Assembly: GCA_038205935.1 (NCBI GenBank)
Contig: JBBRBK010000044.1
Coordinates: 1 to 15,254 of the forward strand
DNA: 15,254 nucleotides
Source: Campylobacterales bacterium
GTDB lineage: Bacteria > Campylobacterota > Campylobacteria > Campylobacterales > Sulfurimonadaceae
Reading direction: 5' to 3'
Both the position numbers and the translations under genes were made by a program. This document shows positions 5,605-14,195 of the stretch, in pieces. Every line of letters starts with the position of its first letter. The first letter of the stretch is position 1. The notes beneath the pieces are model-generated. The model saw nothing but the letters and a program-made list of their open reading frames with translations. It did no database searches and was not told where the DNA came from.

Positions 5605-7974
5605 TTAAAGTTCCACAACCCGTTCAAACATCTCCTTAATCTCCATCTCGTGGCTTATCAGAAATATCTGTCGGTATTGCTCTTTGATGGTGTGGAAGGC
5701 TTCTAGTATCTGTATTCTTCTCGTTTCGTCCTGACTTCCGAACACTTCGTCAAACGCTAGAAACTCCACGCTTGAAGCGCCGCTGAGTTCTGTGAGTGTT
5801 TTTGAGATGGCGATACGCAGGACTAGGTTTGCGAGGTCTACTTCTCCGCCTGAAAATCTTTCTATCGGGTATTTTTTGCCCTCGTCGTAGATGAAAAAGT
5901 CGAAGTCGTTGCTCACTTCGATGTGCTGGTATTTGCCTTTGGTGATGTTCGCGTACATGCTCGAAGCGATGCCCGATATGCGCGGTGCTATCTTGGCATT
6001 GAGCTTGGTCTTGAACTCTGCGAGGCTTGTTTTTATCTTCTCATAATCTATCACGTCATCTTTTTTGCTCTGCACTTTTTTCTTCTGTGCTTCGTTGTTT
6101 GTGAGTGCGCCTTGGATGCTTTTTATCTCCCCTTCGATGCGTGCGATGAGCACTTTTTGCTCGTTTATGAGTGCAATCTTAGCGTCGATGGTTTTGATGA
6201 TCGTCTCATGCTCATTGTTGGTCTGTTCATGCTTCTTATCATCATAGATGATGCCCTTAAACTCGGACTCTTTTGCCTTACATGTAAGGGCAAGTCCAGC
6301 TATCTTTTTGTTTGTCTCTTCGAGATCTGCTTTGACAAGTACGAGTCGCTTTAGCTCCGCTTCGAGGCTAAGTGCATGTCTGTATTTTGGCTCTAACTGC
6401 GTGAAGCTTTGTTTGAGCTGGTTATGGAGTTTTTCATCATAGCTGTATTGTTCTAGGAGTTTGAGCTCCTCTTTGTTTTTTACACCTTTTTGCTCTACAT
6501 GTAAGAAGTATTCTTTTGCTTTTTTGAGGTCTAGGAGTTTACTCTCGATGATCTTTATCTTGTTTGTCAGCTCCGCAAACTCTTTCTCTTTTTGTTTCTT
6601 TTGTGCTTCGAGTTCGGCTTTTTGAGTCTTTACATGTAAGAGTTGTTTGGCGTATTCATCCACCTTTTTTTGATGCGTGTTGTTGACTATTTCTACAAGC
6701 GAATTTATGACATTGTCATACTCTTCCAAAAGCGGTCGCGTACATGTAGGGCAGGGCGAGTTGCTTCCCATCTCTTGGAGTTTTACGATTTTCTCATTTG
6801 TGACATCTATCTGCTTCTGCTCGCCCGCCATCTCTGCCAGGAGTTCACGTTCGATGGTGTGTTTTAGCTCAATGTTGTCTTGTCTGATGGAGAGCTCTTG
6901 ATTGAGATTTTTGGCATCAAACATATACTGCTCATACATCTCGCACTCTTTCTCAAGCGTGTGGATGTCGGCTTTGGACTTGTGCCACTCATCGGCAAGG
7001 ACTTTTTGCTCTTTTGAAATTCCCTCTTTTTTGAGGTAAAACTCTCTGTTTTGCTCTTGAGTCTTTAGCTGTTCTTGCAGAGCAATAAACTCAGTTTTGG
7101 TGGGTTCGAGTTTTTTGAACTCCGCATCTTTGTGTTCGAGCTGATGGAGCTCTGCGGTGAGTTTTACTTGGTTCATCACCTCAGAACTGTGCGAATTCTG
7201 GGCAAGCTCAAACTCTGAATAGAGCTTCTGCTTTTGCTCTTTTGTCTTTGTAAAAGTTTCAAGCTCTTTTTTGATGAGCAGTTGCCTTTGTCTAATGTGC
7301 TCTAGCTCTTCGCTTTTTACTTTTTCCTCTTTGGCAAGAGCCTCTTTGTCTGTGTTGTGAGTTTGTATCTGCTCAAGTTTTTGCGCTACTTCCTCATCCC
7401 CGAGCAATACCTCTTTGTAAGCTTCTATCTCGCGTTTGAGCTGACGGCTTTTCTCAACAAGAGAGTTTTCTACGAAGTCTATTTTTTCTAGTCCCAAGAG
7501 CTTGCGAATCATCTTTTTTCGCTCCTCTGGTTTGAGAGAGCTTAGGCTTGTGAGCTCTTTTTGAGAGGCAAAGAGCGTGTGCATAAAGGCGTCTTTGCTC
7601 ATCTTTGTGAGTCGCACTATCTCTCTTGTGACCTCTTTGGCTCCGCTTGTGATGAGCTCCTCATTTTTAAAGAGTTTGGCATTTGCGGTGAGTGCTTTTC
7701 CGCGAAATTCTCGAACGACTCTGTAGATGATAGATTCAAATTCAAAGAGGAGTTCTACGACGACGGCGTCTTTTGTGGAAACATTTGCGTTTCGTATGAG
7801 CTCTTTGTTGCCTCTGGTTTTAGCTTCGCCGTAAAGCGCAAAAAGGATCGCTTCAAAGATGGTAGATTTTCCGCTTCCGTTTTTGCCGATGATGCCGATA
7901 AGTCCTTCACCAAACTCGATGTCAAAATGGGTGTACTTTTTGAAATTTTCCAAATGCAGACTAGAGAGTATCAT
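5605..7974 (-). CDS. sbcC: SbcC/Rad50-like SMC ATPase
   Basis: Walker A GKNGSGKS, Q-loop FASQ, long coiled coil with central zinc hook CPTC, signature FSGGE, Walker B/D-loop LAFDEVFGSQD and H-loop ISH. Confidence 0.93.
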   Translation of the reverse strand: MILSSLHLENFKKYTHFDIEFGEGLIGIIGKNGSGKSTIFEAILFALYGEAKTRGNKELIRNANVSTKDAVVVELLFEFESIIYRVVREFRGKALTANAKLFKNEELITSGAKEVTREIVRLTKMSKDAFMHTLFASQKELTSLSSLKPEERKKMIRKLLGLEKIDFVENSLVEKSRQLKREIEAYKEVLLGDEEVAQKLEQIQTHNTDKEALAKEEKVKSEELEHIRQRQLLIKKELETFTKTKEQKQKLYSEFELAQNSHSSEVMNQVKLTAELHQLEHKDAEFKKLEPTKTEFIALQEQLKTQEQNREFYLKKEGISKEQKVLADEWHKSKADIHTLEKECEMYEQYMFDAKNLNQELSIRQDNIELKHTIERELLAEMAGEQKQIDVTNEKIVKLQEMGSNSPCPTCTRPLLEEYDNVINSLVEIVNNTHQKKVDEYAKQLLHVKTQKAELEAQKKQKEKEFAELTNKIKIIESKLLDLKKAKEYFLHVEQKGVKNKEELKLLEQYSYDEKLHNQLKQSFTQLEPKYRHALSLEAELKRLVLVKADLEETNKKIAGLALTCKAKESEFKGIIYDDKKHEQTNNEHETIIKTIDAKIALINEQKVLIARIEGEIKSIQGALTNNEAQKKKVQSKKDDVIDYEKIKTSLAEFKTKLNAKIAPRISGIASSMYANITKGKYQHIEVSNDFDFFIYDEGKKYPIERFSGGEVDLANLVLRIAISKTLTELSGASSVEFLAFDEVFGSQDETRRIQILEAFHTIKEQYRQIFLISHEMEIKEMFERVVEL

Positions 7975-9079
7975 CGCTCACCTCCTCATACTCTGCAAAG
8001 AGCTCTTGGATTTTGAATTTGAGCCTGTCAAACTCCCTCTCGTCGCTGTCCTCTTTGATATGCTCTATAAAATATTCTTCAAGCGAGAGCGCTTCTACAT
8101 CGTCGATATTGCTCTCATTTGCGCCTTGTTTAAACTCTCTTTTAACGCTTACATGTAAGGCTTTTGGAAAGAGGTTTTTGATGTCTGAGTTTTGAATGTC
8201 GATGGATTGAAGCGGTGTGAGATTGAAAACTCTTACTTCTACGATGGCATTGTTTGTGTCGCTGGCATCGAGTTTTGCAATGGAGTTTTCATACTCCTCG
8301 CAGTCCACCTCTTTTTGGATGATAGGTCGGATGCTTATCTCTTTGTACTCTACATGTAAGCCATCTTCTAGGCTTACATGTACGAACCCTTTGGAGTTGC
8401 GTTTGTCGTTCAGGCTGGTGCGTTCGGTTGAACCGCTGTAAAAGACATTTTCGTGTTTGCCCACCTGCCCAAAACCGTGCCAATGCCCAAGTGCTACATA
8501 ATCCATCATCTTGAAAATGTACTCTTTATCAGTAGGAAAAACCCACTCGCCAAACTCCTGCATCAAGTAAAACGCACCCACAGAACAGTGCATCATCATA
8601 ATATTTTTTTTGCTTTTGTCTATGCTCGCTTCGCAGAGTTCTATCTGAGAAAGTGCCTTTGAGTCGTCGTTCAAATGTGGCAGAGTGTGGAAGATTATGT
8701 GCTCAAACTCCACTTTTTTATACTCTTGATTGTAAGAAAGATGGATGTTTTTAAAACCCTCAAATATCTTTAAAATCGGCGAAGAGAGATTGGTTCTCGG
8801 AGTAGAGTGGTTGCCAGCGATGAGGATGAAAGGGATGCCAAGTTCATCTATGATCTTCAACTGTTCAAGCGCAAAAGTGATGGCGCGGTTTGATGGATGC
8901 GAGCGGTGAAAAAGATCGCCTGTGTGGATGATATAGTCGGGTTTTATCTCTATTATTTGCTTTACGACCTGAGAGAAAGCATCATAAAAATCCGCCTCTC
9001 TTTGGTTGATATTGTCGTCATTTAAAACATCAAGATCATTAAACCCCAGATGTGTGTCGCTAAAGTGAATGATCTTCAA
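7961..9079 (-). CDS. sbcD: SbcD/Mre11-like metallophosphoesterase nuclease
   Basis: Motifs HFSDTHLG, GDLFH, AGNH and ALGHWH. TTG start with GGAG RBS. Overlaps the sbcC start. Confidence 0.93.
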   Translation of the reverse strand: MKIIHFSDTHLGFNDLDVLNDDNINQREADFYDAFSQVVKQIIEIKPDYIIHTGDLFHRSHPSNRAITFALEQLKIIDELGIPFILIAGNHSTPRTNLSSPILKIFEGFKNIHLSYNQEYKKVEFEHIIFHTLPHLNDDSKALSQIELCEASIDKSKKNIMMMHCSVGAFYLMQEFGEWVFPTDKEYIFKMMDYVALGHWHGFGQVGKHENVFYSGSTERTSLNDKRNSKGFVHVSLEDGLHVEYKEISIRPIIQKEVDCEEYENSIAKLDASDTNNAIVEVRVFNLTPLQSIDIQNSDIKNLFPKALHVSVKREFKQGANESNIDDVEALSLEEYFIEHIKEDSDEREFDRLKFKIQELFAEYEEVSDDTL

Positions 9080-9092
9080 GAGAGTTCTCCGA

Positions 9093-9125
9093 TAAGAGTT
9101 TTGAACATTCTAGCCAAAACTCTTA
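9093..9125. promoter_or_regulatory. Perfect 11-bp inverted repeat enclosing the putative sbcD -10 box
   Basis: TAAGAGTTTTG-N11-CAAAACTCTTA. The spacer contains TAGAAT on the minus strand (9112-9107). Confidence 0.6.
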
Positions 9126-9144
9126 GATATCTATGAATCTTATG

Positions 9145-9933
9145 TTAAAAAAGATCAGCGTGACCGAAAAATATTTTATTTTTCTTCTCGTTTAATATAT
9201 TTTCTAAAATATTTTTAGCCTTTATTTTTGTCTCTTTATCAAAATATATCAGCATATTTCTAGAAAATACATAATCAAACTTTCCAATGCTAGAAAAATT
9301 CTCATCAAAAATGTTCATTTGTCTAAAACTTACTGAACTTTTGGAAAATTCTTTGAGTGTATAGTGTGATCCATCGAAGTCAAAATATTTTTTGATCAAC
9401 TCTTGAGATAAGTTTTTTAAATTTCGAGTATTATAGATTGCAAGTTTTGCTTTTTCTATGACTTCTTGATTGATATCGATACCTAAAATAGAGAATCTAT
9501 TTTGAGAGATATTTGCTTCAAGCAAGGCTATAACAATGGAGTAAACCTCTTCTCCGGTTGAACAAGGCGCGCACAAAATGGTAACATTTCCATGAGTTGC
9601 TTTGACATTTTCTACAAGTTTTTCTATCTGTCTGTATTCTCTGTAAAAGTATGTTTCATTCGTGGTCAGATAATCGATCAGCTCTTGCTTTAGAAGTGCA
9701 TCTTTTTTAACAAAATCCAAACACTCATGAAAGCTTCTAAATGATCTTTTAGTACAAAAAGCGGTCATCTTACTTTTGAGTATACTCAACTGATGATCAA
9801 AATCCACACCTGTTTCAGTTTTGAAATATTTTGCAATAGGTAAAACATCATCATAAAATGTTACTTCGGCAATAGTGTGCTTTTGTGGTGCTTGAATCTC
9901 TATCTTTTCTTTCTTTTTAAAAAAACTAAACAT
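9145..9933 (-). CDS. cheR: Chemotaxis methyltransferase CheR
   Basis: Motifs LTTNETYFYRE, CSTGEEVYS, GIDIN and SRNMLIYFD. The ATG at 9933, 1 nt after the cheB stop, is preferred over the TTG at 9945. Confidence 0.92.
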   Translation of the reverse strand: MFSFFKKKEKIEIQAPQKHTIAEVTFYDDVLPIAKYFKTETGVDFDHQLSILKSKMTAFCTKRSFRSFHECLDFVKKDALLKQELIDYLTTNETYFYREYRQIEKLVENVKATHGNVTILCAPCSTGEEVYSIVIALLEANISQNRFSILGIDINQEVIEKAKLAIYNTRNLKNLSQELIKKYFDFDGSHYTLKEFSKSSVSFRQMNIFDENFSSIGKFDYVFSRNMLIYFDKETKIKAKNILENILNEKKNKIFFGHADLF

Positions 9934-9934
9934 A

Positions 9935-10519
9935 TTATTTTCCAAACTCTTTTATGGCGTGAATGATCTCATCTAGTGAGAGTACATCTATATTTTTCAC
10001 GAGCTCTTTAGCCCGCATCGGCATCCCATAAACGATAGCACTTGCCTGTGATTCTGCTATGACTGATGCACCGCATTTAGAAAGCTCCAGCATTGCACTA
10101 GCTCCATCATCTCCGATACCTGTCAAGATAATAGCCATGATTTTATACTTACTGCATAGCTTAGTAGCAGAGGAAAAAAGTTGATTAATATCAGGGTTGT
10201 AATGATATAAATTAAGACCTTCTTGAGTTAGAAGTTTTACTCTATCATCTACCGACTCAAATACGCAGTTTTTTTCGCATATATAAACATTTGCGTTTTC
10301 AAGCCAAGTTGTATCATGCGCTAGATTTACGCTGAGTGAAGAGCAGTTATTGAGTCTTAATGCAAAACTTTGCAGATACTCAAAACCCATATGCTGTGCT
10401 ATGACTATGATGGCATTAAAAGATGAGGGCAAAGATGAGACTATTTTTTGAAGATGACCGGGTCCTCCCGTGGAAGAACCGATTAGGATAATTCTTTGTA
10501 TATTTGGTTCAAAACTCAA
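9935..10519 (-). CDS. cheB: Chemotaxis methylesterase CheB (catalytic domain only, no receiver domain)
   Basis: Catalytic motifs GSSTGGP, QHM and LTGIGDDGA, plus IVYGMP. 194 aa, with a TTG start abutting the glmU stop. Confidence 0.92.
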   Translation of the reverse strand: MSFEPNIQRIILIGSSTGGPGHLQKIVSSLPSSFNAIIVIAQHMGFEYLQSFALRLNNCSSLSVNLAHDTTWLENANVYICEKNCVFESVDDRVKLLTQEGLNLYHYNPDINQLFSSATKLCSKYKIMAIILTGIGDDGASAMLELSKCGASVIAESQASAIVYGMPMRAKELVKNIDVLSLDEIIHAIKEFGK

Positions 10520-11818
10520 TTATTTTTTCCCAAAAAATTTGTAGTAAAAACCTTCTAAAAATTTCATCTTTGTTCTGCTGAGTGCGAGGCTTCCTTTTGG
10601 CACTGTGCCACTTGTCACAGTCGTTCCAGCGGCTATCATAACATCATCTTCTATGGTCACTGGTGCTACGAGTTGGCTGTCACTGCCTATGAAAACATTT
10701 TTTCCGATGATTGTTTTGTATTTTTTTACGCCATCGTAGTTACATGTGATGGTTCCCGCGCCGATGTTTGTGCCTGTATCGATTTCGCTATCACCGAGGT
10801 AGCTTAAGTGTCCGGCTTTGACGCCTTTGAGGATACTTTTTTTCACCTCTACGAAGTTTCCTATATGCGTGTCCTCAATGTGCGAAGCGGGGCGGATATG
10901 TGCAAGTGGTCCAATATCTGAGTTGAGTAGAACAGAGTCTTCCACAACGCTTGAAGATTTGATGATAGAGTTTTTGATAACGCTATTTCCAGTGATACGG
11001 CAGTTGTTTTCTACGATACATTCGCCCTCGAAAATGACTCCCTCTTCGATGTAGATAGTATGAGGAAGATTCATGATCACGCCCTCAGCCATCCACTTGT
11101 TTTTGATACGCTCTTGCATGATCACTTCAGAAGCGGCGAGGTCTATCTTGGAATTGACACCTTTGAAATGCTCTTCATCGACTAAAAGCGGTTTGATAAC
11201 AAGTCCATCATCTTTCGCCATTTTTATAACATCTGTGAGGTAATACTCATTTTGTGCATTTGCATTGCTGAGGCGTGGAATGTAAGTCTCTAAGACACTC
11301 TTTTTAAACGCATAAATGCCAGCGTTTACATGCGTGATGGCAAGCTCGTTCTCGTTTGCATCTTTTTGCTCGACGATGTAACTGACTTCGCCGTTTTCTA
11401 TCTTCACACGTCCATATCCACTTGGATTTTCAAGATCAAAGATAGAAAGTACGATATCTGCATCAGTTGTCAAAAAGCCTTGTAAAGCACCAGCGGTGAT
11501 AAGAGGCATATCGCCATTTAGGACAAGAACTTTCTCATTACAAGCTGCGACATTTTTCATCGCTCCGCCAGTTCCGGGGAAATTTACATCATCTTGGACT
11601 ACAAAAGTGATATCTGGGAAATCTTTTGATATCTCAGCGATAACTGCATCTTTTTGATGAGCCACGACAATAGTCACATCATCGCTTACATGTAAGGACT
11701 CTTTTGTGATGTGATAGAGCATTGACTTGCCGCTGATGGAGTGCAAAACTTTGGCTTTTGGCGACTTCATGCGGCTGCCTTTGCCCGCAGCTAAAATGAT
11801 GATAGAGATATTGTTCAT
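10520..11818 (-). CDS. glmU: Bifunctional UDP-GlcNAc pyrophosphorylase / glucosamine-1-phosphate acetyltransferase
   Basis: Motifs [44 protein letters not shown] and [11 protein letters not shown]. Confidence 0.98.
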   Translation of the reverse strand: MNNISIIILAAGKGSRMKSPKAKVLHSISGKSMLYHITKESLHVSDDVTIVVAHQKDAVIAEISKDFPDITFVVQDDVNFPGTGGAMKNVAACNEKVLVLNGDMPLITAGALQGFLTTDADIVLSIFDLENPSGYGRVKIENGEVSYIVEQKDANENELAITHVNAGIYAFKKSVLETYIPRLSNANAQNEYYLTDVIKMAKDDGLVIKPLLVDEEHFKGVNSKIDLAASEVIMQERIKNKWMAEGVIMNLPHTIYIEEGVIFEGECIVENNCRITGNSVIKNSIIKSSSVVEDSVLLNSDIGPLAHIRPASHIEDTHIGNFVEVKKSILKGVKAGHLSYLGDSEIDTGTNIGAGTITCNYDGVKKYKTIIGKNVFIGSDSQLVAPVTIEDDVMIAAGTTVTSGTVPKGSLALSRTKMKFLEGFYYKFFGKK

Positions 11819-11851
11819 GCTAATTCTTTTGTAGTTAAATTTATAAGTGAG

Positions 11852-11875
11852 ATTATACCAAAGTGGTACTATAAT
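11852..11875. promoter_or_regulatory. Back-to-back divergent -10 boxes for glmU and for the hypothetical-coaX-hisG operon
   Basis: Minus strand TGGTATAAT (11860-11852, extended -10). Plus strand TATAAT (11870-11875). Confidence 0.7.
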
Positions 11876-11909
11876 TCGTTAACAGAAGATAGAAGGAACT
11901 CATACAAAG

Positions 11910-12233
11910 ATGCAGACAGTAGTAGATTCTCTAAGAGAAAATGGGTGCTTATATAAAAAAATGATAGAGGTGAAACCTTCTCAATTAGGTGTCCGAAACA
12001 AGATAAAAATCTATCATGCAACAGACACAAGAGGCTATTTTAGTGCTATCTTTGCTGTGTCGCAAAAGAGTAGACTTCTCATGAAAGATGTTTCAAAATT
12101 TGAAGAGATCTATCATAAACTTGTTATTTTCAGCGATCATAATTTTAAATACAAGATTCTTTTTTTAGATGCGCCTTTATGCTCAAAAGCGAGAGAAGCG
12201 TTTATGAGTTGTGGCTGGAGTTTACAAGATTGA
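11910..12233 (+). CDS. Hypothetical protein (107 aa), first gene of the coaX-hisG operon
   Basis: AAGGA RBS upstream. Its stop overlaps the coaX start (TTGA). No family confidently recognised. Confidence 0.8.
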   Translation: MQTVVDSLRENGCLYKKMIEVKPSQLGVRNKIKIYHATDTRGYFSAIFAVSQKSRLLMKDVSKFEEIYHKLVIFSDHNFKYKILFLDAPLCSKAREAFMSCGWSLQD

Positions 12234-12847
12234 CTCTTTGTGACATCGGAAATACGACTTTTGATTTTTACAGAGACGGTGTAAAAGAGAAGATTTTTAT
12301 CGCCGATTATGAGATAAAAAAAAGTGATGAAAAAGTATTTTATATCTGTGTGAATGAAAAAATTGCAAATGAGTTAAAAGATTTTCCAAACTGGATAGAT
12401 TTAAAAAATTTTGTAGAGTTGAAAAACTACTATGCAACGATGGGAATCGACCGCATTATGGGATGTGAAGCAGTACAAAACGGTGTCATTATCGATGCTG
12501 GAAGTGCCATAACAGTGGACATCGTAAAAAACGGAATATTCGTCGGAGGATACATCACTTTGGGCTTACATGTAAGCCATTTATCGTATGTACAAATCTC
12601 TCCAAGGCTTGACTACTCATATAACTTTGAGATAGATTTGGATAAAATGCCAAAAAATTCTAGGGATGCGCTCACTTACGGACAGCTCGGGTTACTTTAC
12701 CGCGATGTTATGAGTCACTCCTTACCTGTTTATTTGACAGGCGGAGATGCATCAAAACTCTCATCCATCTTCAAAGATGCTATTTTAGATGAAGAGTTGC
12801 TATTTAAGGGAATGAAAAATATTATGAAAAAGGCTGATTTATGCTAA
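12230..12847 (+). CDS. coaX: Type III pantothenate kinase
   Basis: Motifs LCDIGNT, MGIDR, IIDAGSAITVD, GGYI and YLTGGD. The TTG at 12230 with GGAG RBS is preferred over the ATG at 12179. Confidence 0.93.
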   Translation: MTLCDIGNTTFDFYRDGVKEKIFIADYEIKKSDEKVFYICVNEKIANELKDFPNWIDLKNFVELKNYYATMGIDRIMGCEAVQNGVIIDAGSAITVDIVKNGIFVGGYITLGLHVSHLSYVQISPRLDYSYNFEIDLDKMPKNSRDALTYGQLGLLYRDVMSHSLPVYLTGGDASKLSSIFKDAILDEELLFKGMKNIMKKADLC

Positions 12848-13470
12848 CAGTTGCACTTCCAAAAGGGCGTATTGCACAAGAAACTTTAGAGATTTTTGAA
12901 ACTATTTTCGGTGATACTTTTGCATTTGATGATAGAAAGCTGATTTTAGAAACCCAAATGTTTAGGTTTTTACTTGTGCGTAACCAAGATGTTGCGACCT
13001 ATGTGTATCATCAAGCCGCAGATATCGGAGTCGTGGGACTTGATACTTTAGAAGAGCAGGGACTTGATGTTATCCGTCTTTTAGACCTTCGCCGTGGGAT
13101 TTGTAAAGTGGCTATCGGGATTAGAAAGGGCGAAAAACTCGACCTTAGCAAACCTGAGATCAAAGTCGCAACAAAGATGGTAAACATCACAAAACGGTAT
13201 TTTTCAGATCGCGCGATCGCCGCTGAAATCATCAAACTTTACGGCTCTATCGAACTCGCACCTCTTGTAGGACTTGCAGATATGATCGTCGATGTCGTTG
13301 AAACAGGAGCGACTATGAAGCAAAATGGCTTAGAAGTGGTTGAAGATATTATGGAATCTTCGACTTATCTCATAGCAAACAAAAACAGCTTTTTTGAGAA
13401 AAAAAGCGAAGTGCTTGATATCTTTGAAAAAATAGAAAAAGTAATCAAAGCGGAGCAAAAAGCCAAATGA
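12841..13470 (+). CDS. hisG: ATP phosphoribosyltransferase, short form (HisZ-dependent)
   Basis: Motifs LTVALPKGR, VATYV...ADIGVVG.D and LYGSIELAPLVGLADMIVDVVETGATMKQNGL. At 209 aa it lacks the C-terminal regulatory domain. Confidence 0.97.
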   Translation: MLTVALPKGRIAQETLEIFETIFGDTFAFDDRKLILETQMFRFLLVRNQDVATYVYHQAADIGVVGLDTLEEQGLDVIRLLDLRRGICKVAIGIRKGEKLDLSKPEIKVATKMVNITKRYFSDRAIAAEIIKLYGSIELAPLVGLADMIVDVVETGATMKQNGLEVVEDIMESSTYLIANKNSFFEKKSEVLDIFEKIEKVIKAEQKAK

Positions 13471-14153
13471 CAAATCTTGATCTTTACGCAAAAGCGGAGC
13501 ACCTTTTAGGCATCGAAGAAGCAACTGAAGCACTTTATGATTTGTACCGTTCTGAACTTGACAGTCACGAAGTAAAAACACTTCTTGATGTTGGATGTGG
13601 ACGCGGTGGATTTATGCGTCGTATGATGAGCGATGGCGTTACATGTAAGGGTGTTGACCTTTCCGCTGTGATGGTGCAAGAGTGTAAAGCTATTGGTCTT
13701 GATGCTGAGTGTATCGATGTTAGCGAAGTAAGCGGCAAATATGACGCTATCGTAGCAATCTTTGATGTTTTAAATTTTCTTGATAAAGATGGGCTTACAA
13801 AGTTTTTAGATGCAGTCGCAGAGAAGCTAAACGATGATGGTCTTTTTATAGCAGATATCAATACTCTTTACGGCTTTAGTGATGTGGCTGAGGGTACGAT
13901 GAGCAGTGAAAATGAAAAAGAATTTTTGATCGTCGATGCTGTGTTTGAAAACAAGGAACTTCATACAAAGTTTACTTTATTTGAAAAAAATGAAGATGAA
14001 AGATTTACAAAATATCAAGATACTATCATCCAGTATTTTCATAAGATGCAGTTTTTTGAAAAAGTAAAATCATTAAAACTTGTAGATAAACAAACCTTTT
14101 CACTTTATGATGAACTTGACAAAAGTTTATTGATCTTTAAAAAAAGAGTTTAA
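13467..14153 (+). CDS. Class I SAM-dependent methyltransferase
   Basis: Motif I LLDVGCGRG, GVDLS..M, YDAIVAIFDVLNFL and L..DGLFIADIN. ATGA overlap with hisG. Confidence 0.92.
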   Translation: MTNLDLYAKAEHLLGIEEATEALYDLYRSELDSHEVKTLLDVGCGRGGFMRRMMSDGVTCKGVDLSAVMVQECKAIGLDAECIDVSEVSGKYDAIVAIFDVLNFLDKDGLTKFLDAVAEKLNDDGLFIADINTLYGFSDVAEGTMSSENEKEFLIVDAVFENKELHTKFTLFEKNEDERFTKYQDTIIQYFHKMQFFEKVKSLKLVDKQTFSLYDELDKSLLIFKKRV

Positions 14154-14163
14154 CGAGAGTTGT

Positions 14164-14189
14164 TTATGAGAGAGTGGACCCTCTCATAA
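14164..14189. terminator. Hairpin between convergent genes, possible bidirectional terminator
   Basis: TTATGAGAG-N8-CTCTCATAA perfect 9-bp stem. No strong U-tract on either side. Confidence 0.5.
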
Positions 14190-14195
14190 GAGTGA

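Larger units (their letters stand above)
6276..13648. repeat. Dispersed palindrome TACATGTA, 10 copies (core starts 6279, 6496, 6631, 6741, 8150, 8351, 8375, 11687, 12567, 13640)
   Basis: Counted by eye. Six copies extend to TTACATGTAA and four of those to CTTACATGTAAG or longer. All lie within CDSs. Confidence 0.9.

Noticed and set aside
5923..8662. Numerous 60-151 aa plus-strand and alternate-frame ORFs over sbcC/sbcD
   Set aside because: Antisense or out-of-frame shadows of well-supported genes, with no recognisable domains.
12179..12229. N-terminal extension of coaX from the ATG at 12179
   Set aside because: It overlaps the upstream gene by 55 nt. The TTG at 12230 has a GGAG RBS and places the DIGNT motif at its usual N-terminal position.
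13207..13220. GATCGCGCGATC palindrome with one cyanobacterial HIP1 octamer (GCGATCGC) in hisG
   Set aside because: A single occurrence, compatible with chance.
6276..13648. TACATGTA copies as a CRISPR array or MITE/REP family
   Set aside because: Spacing is irregular, shared sequence is only 8-16 bp, and all copies are in frame within intact CDSs with no insertion signature.
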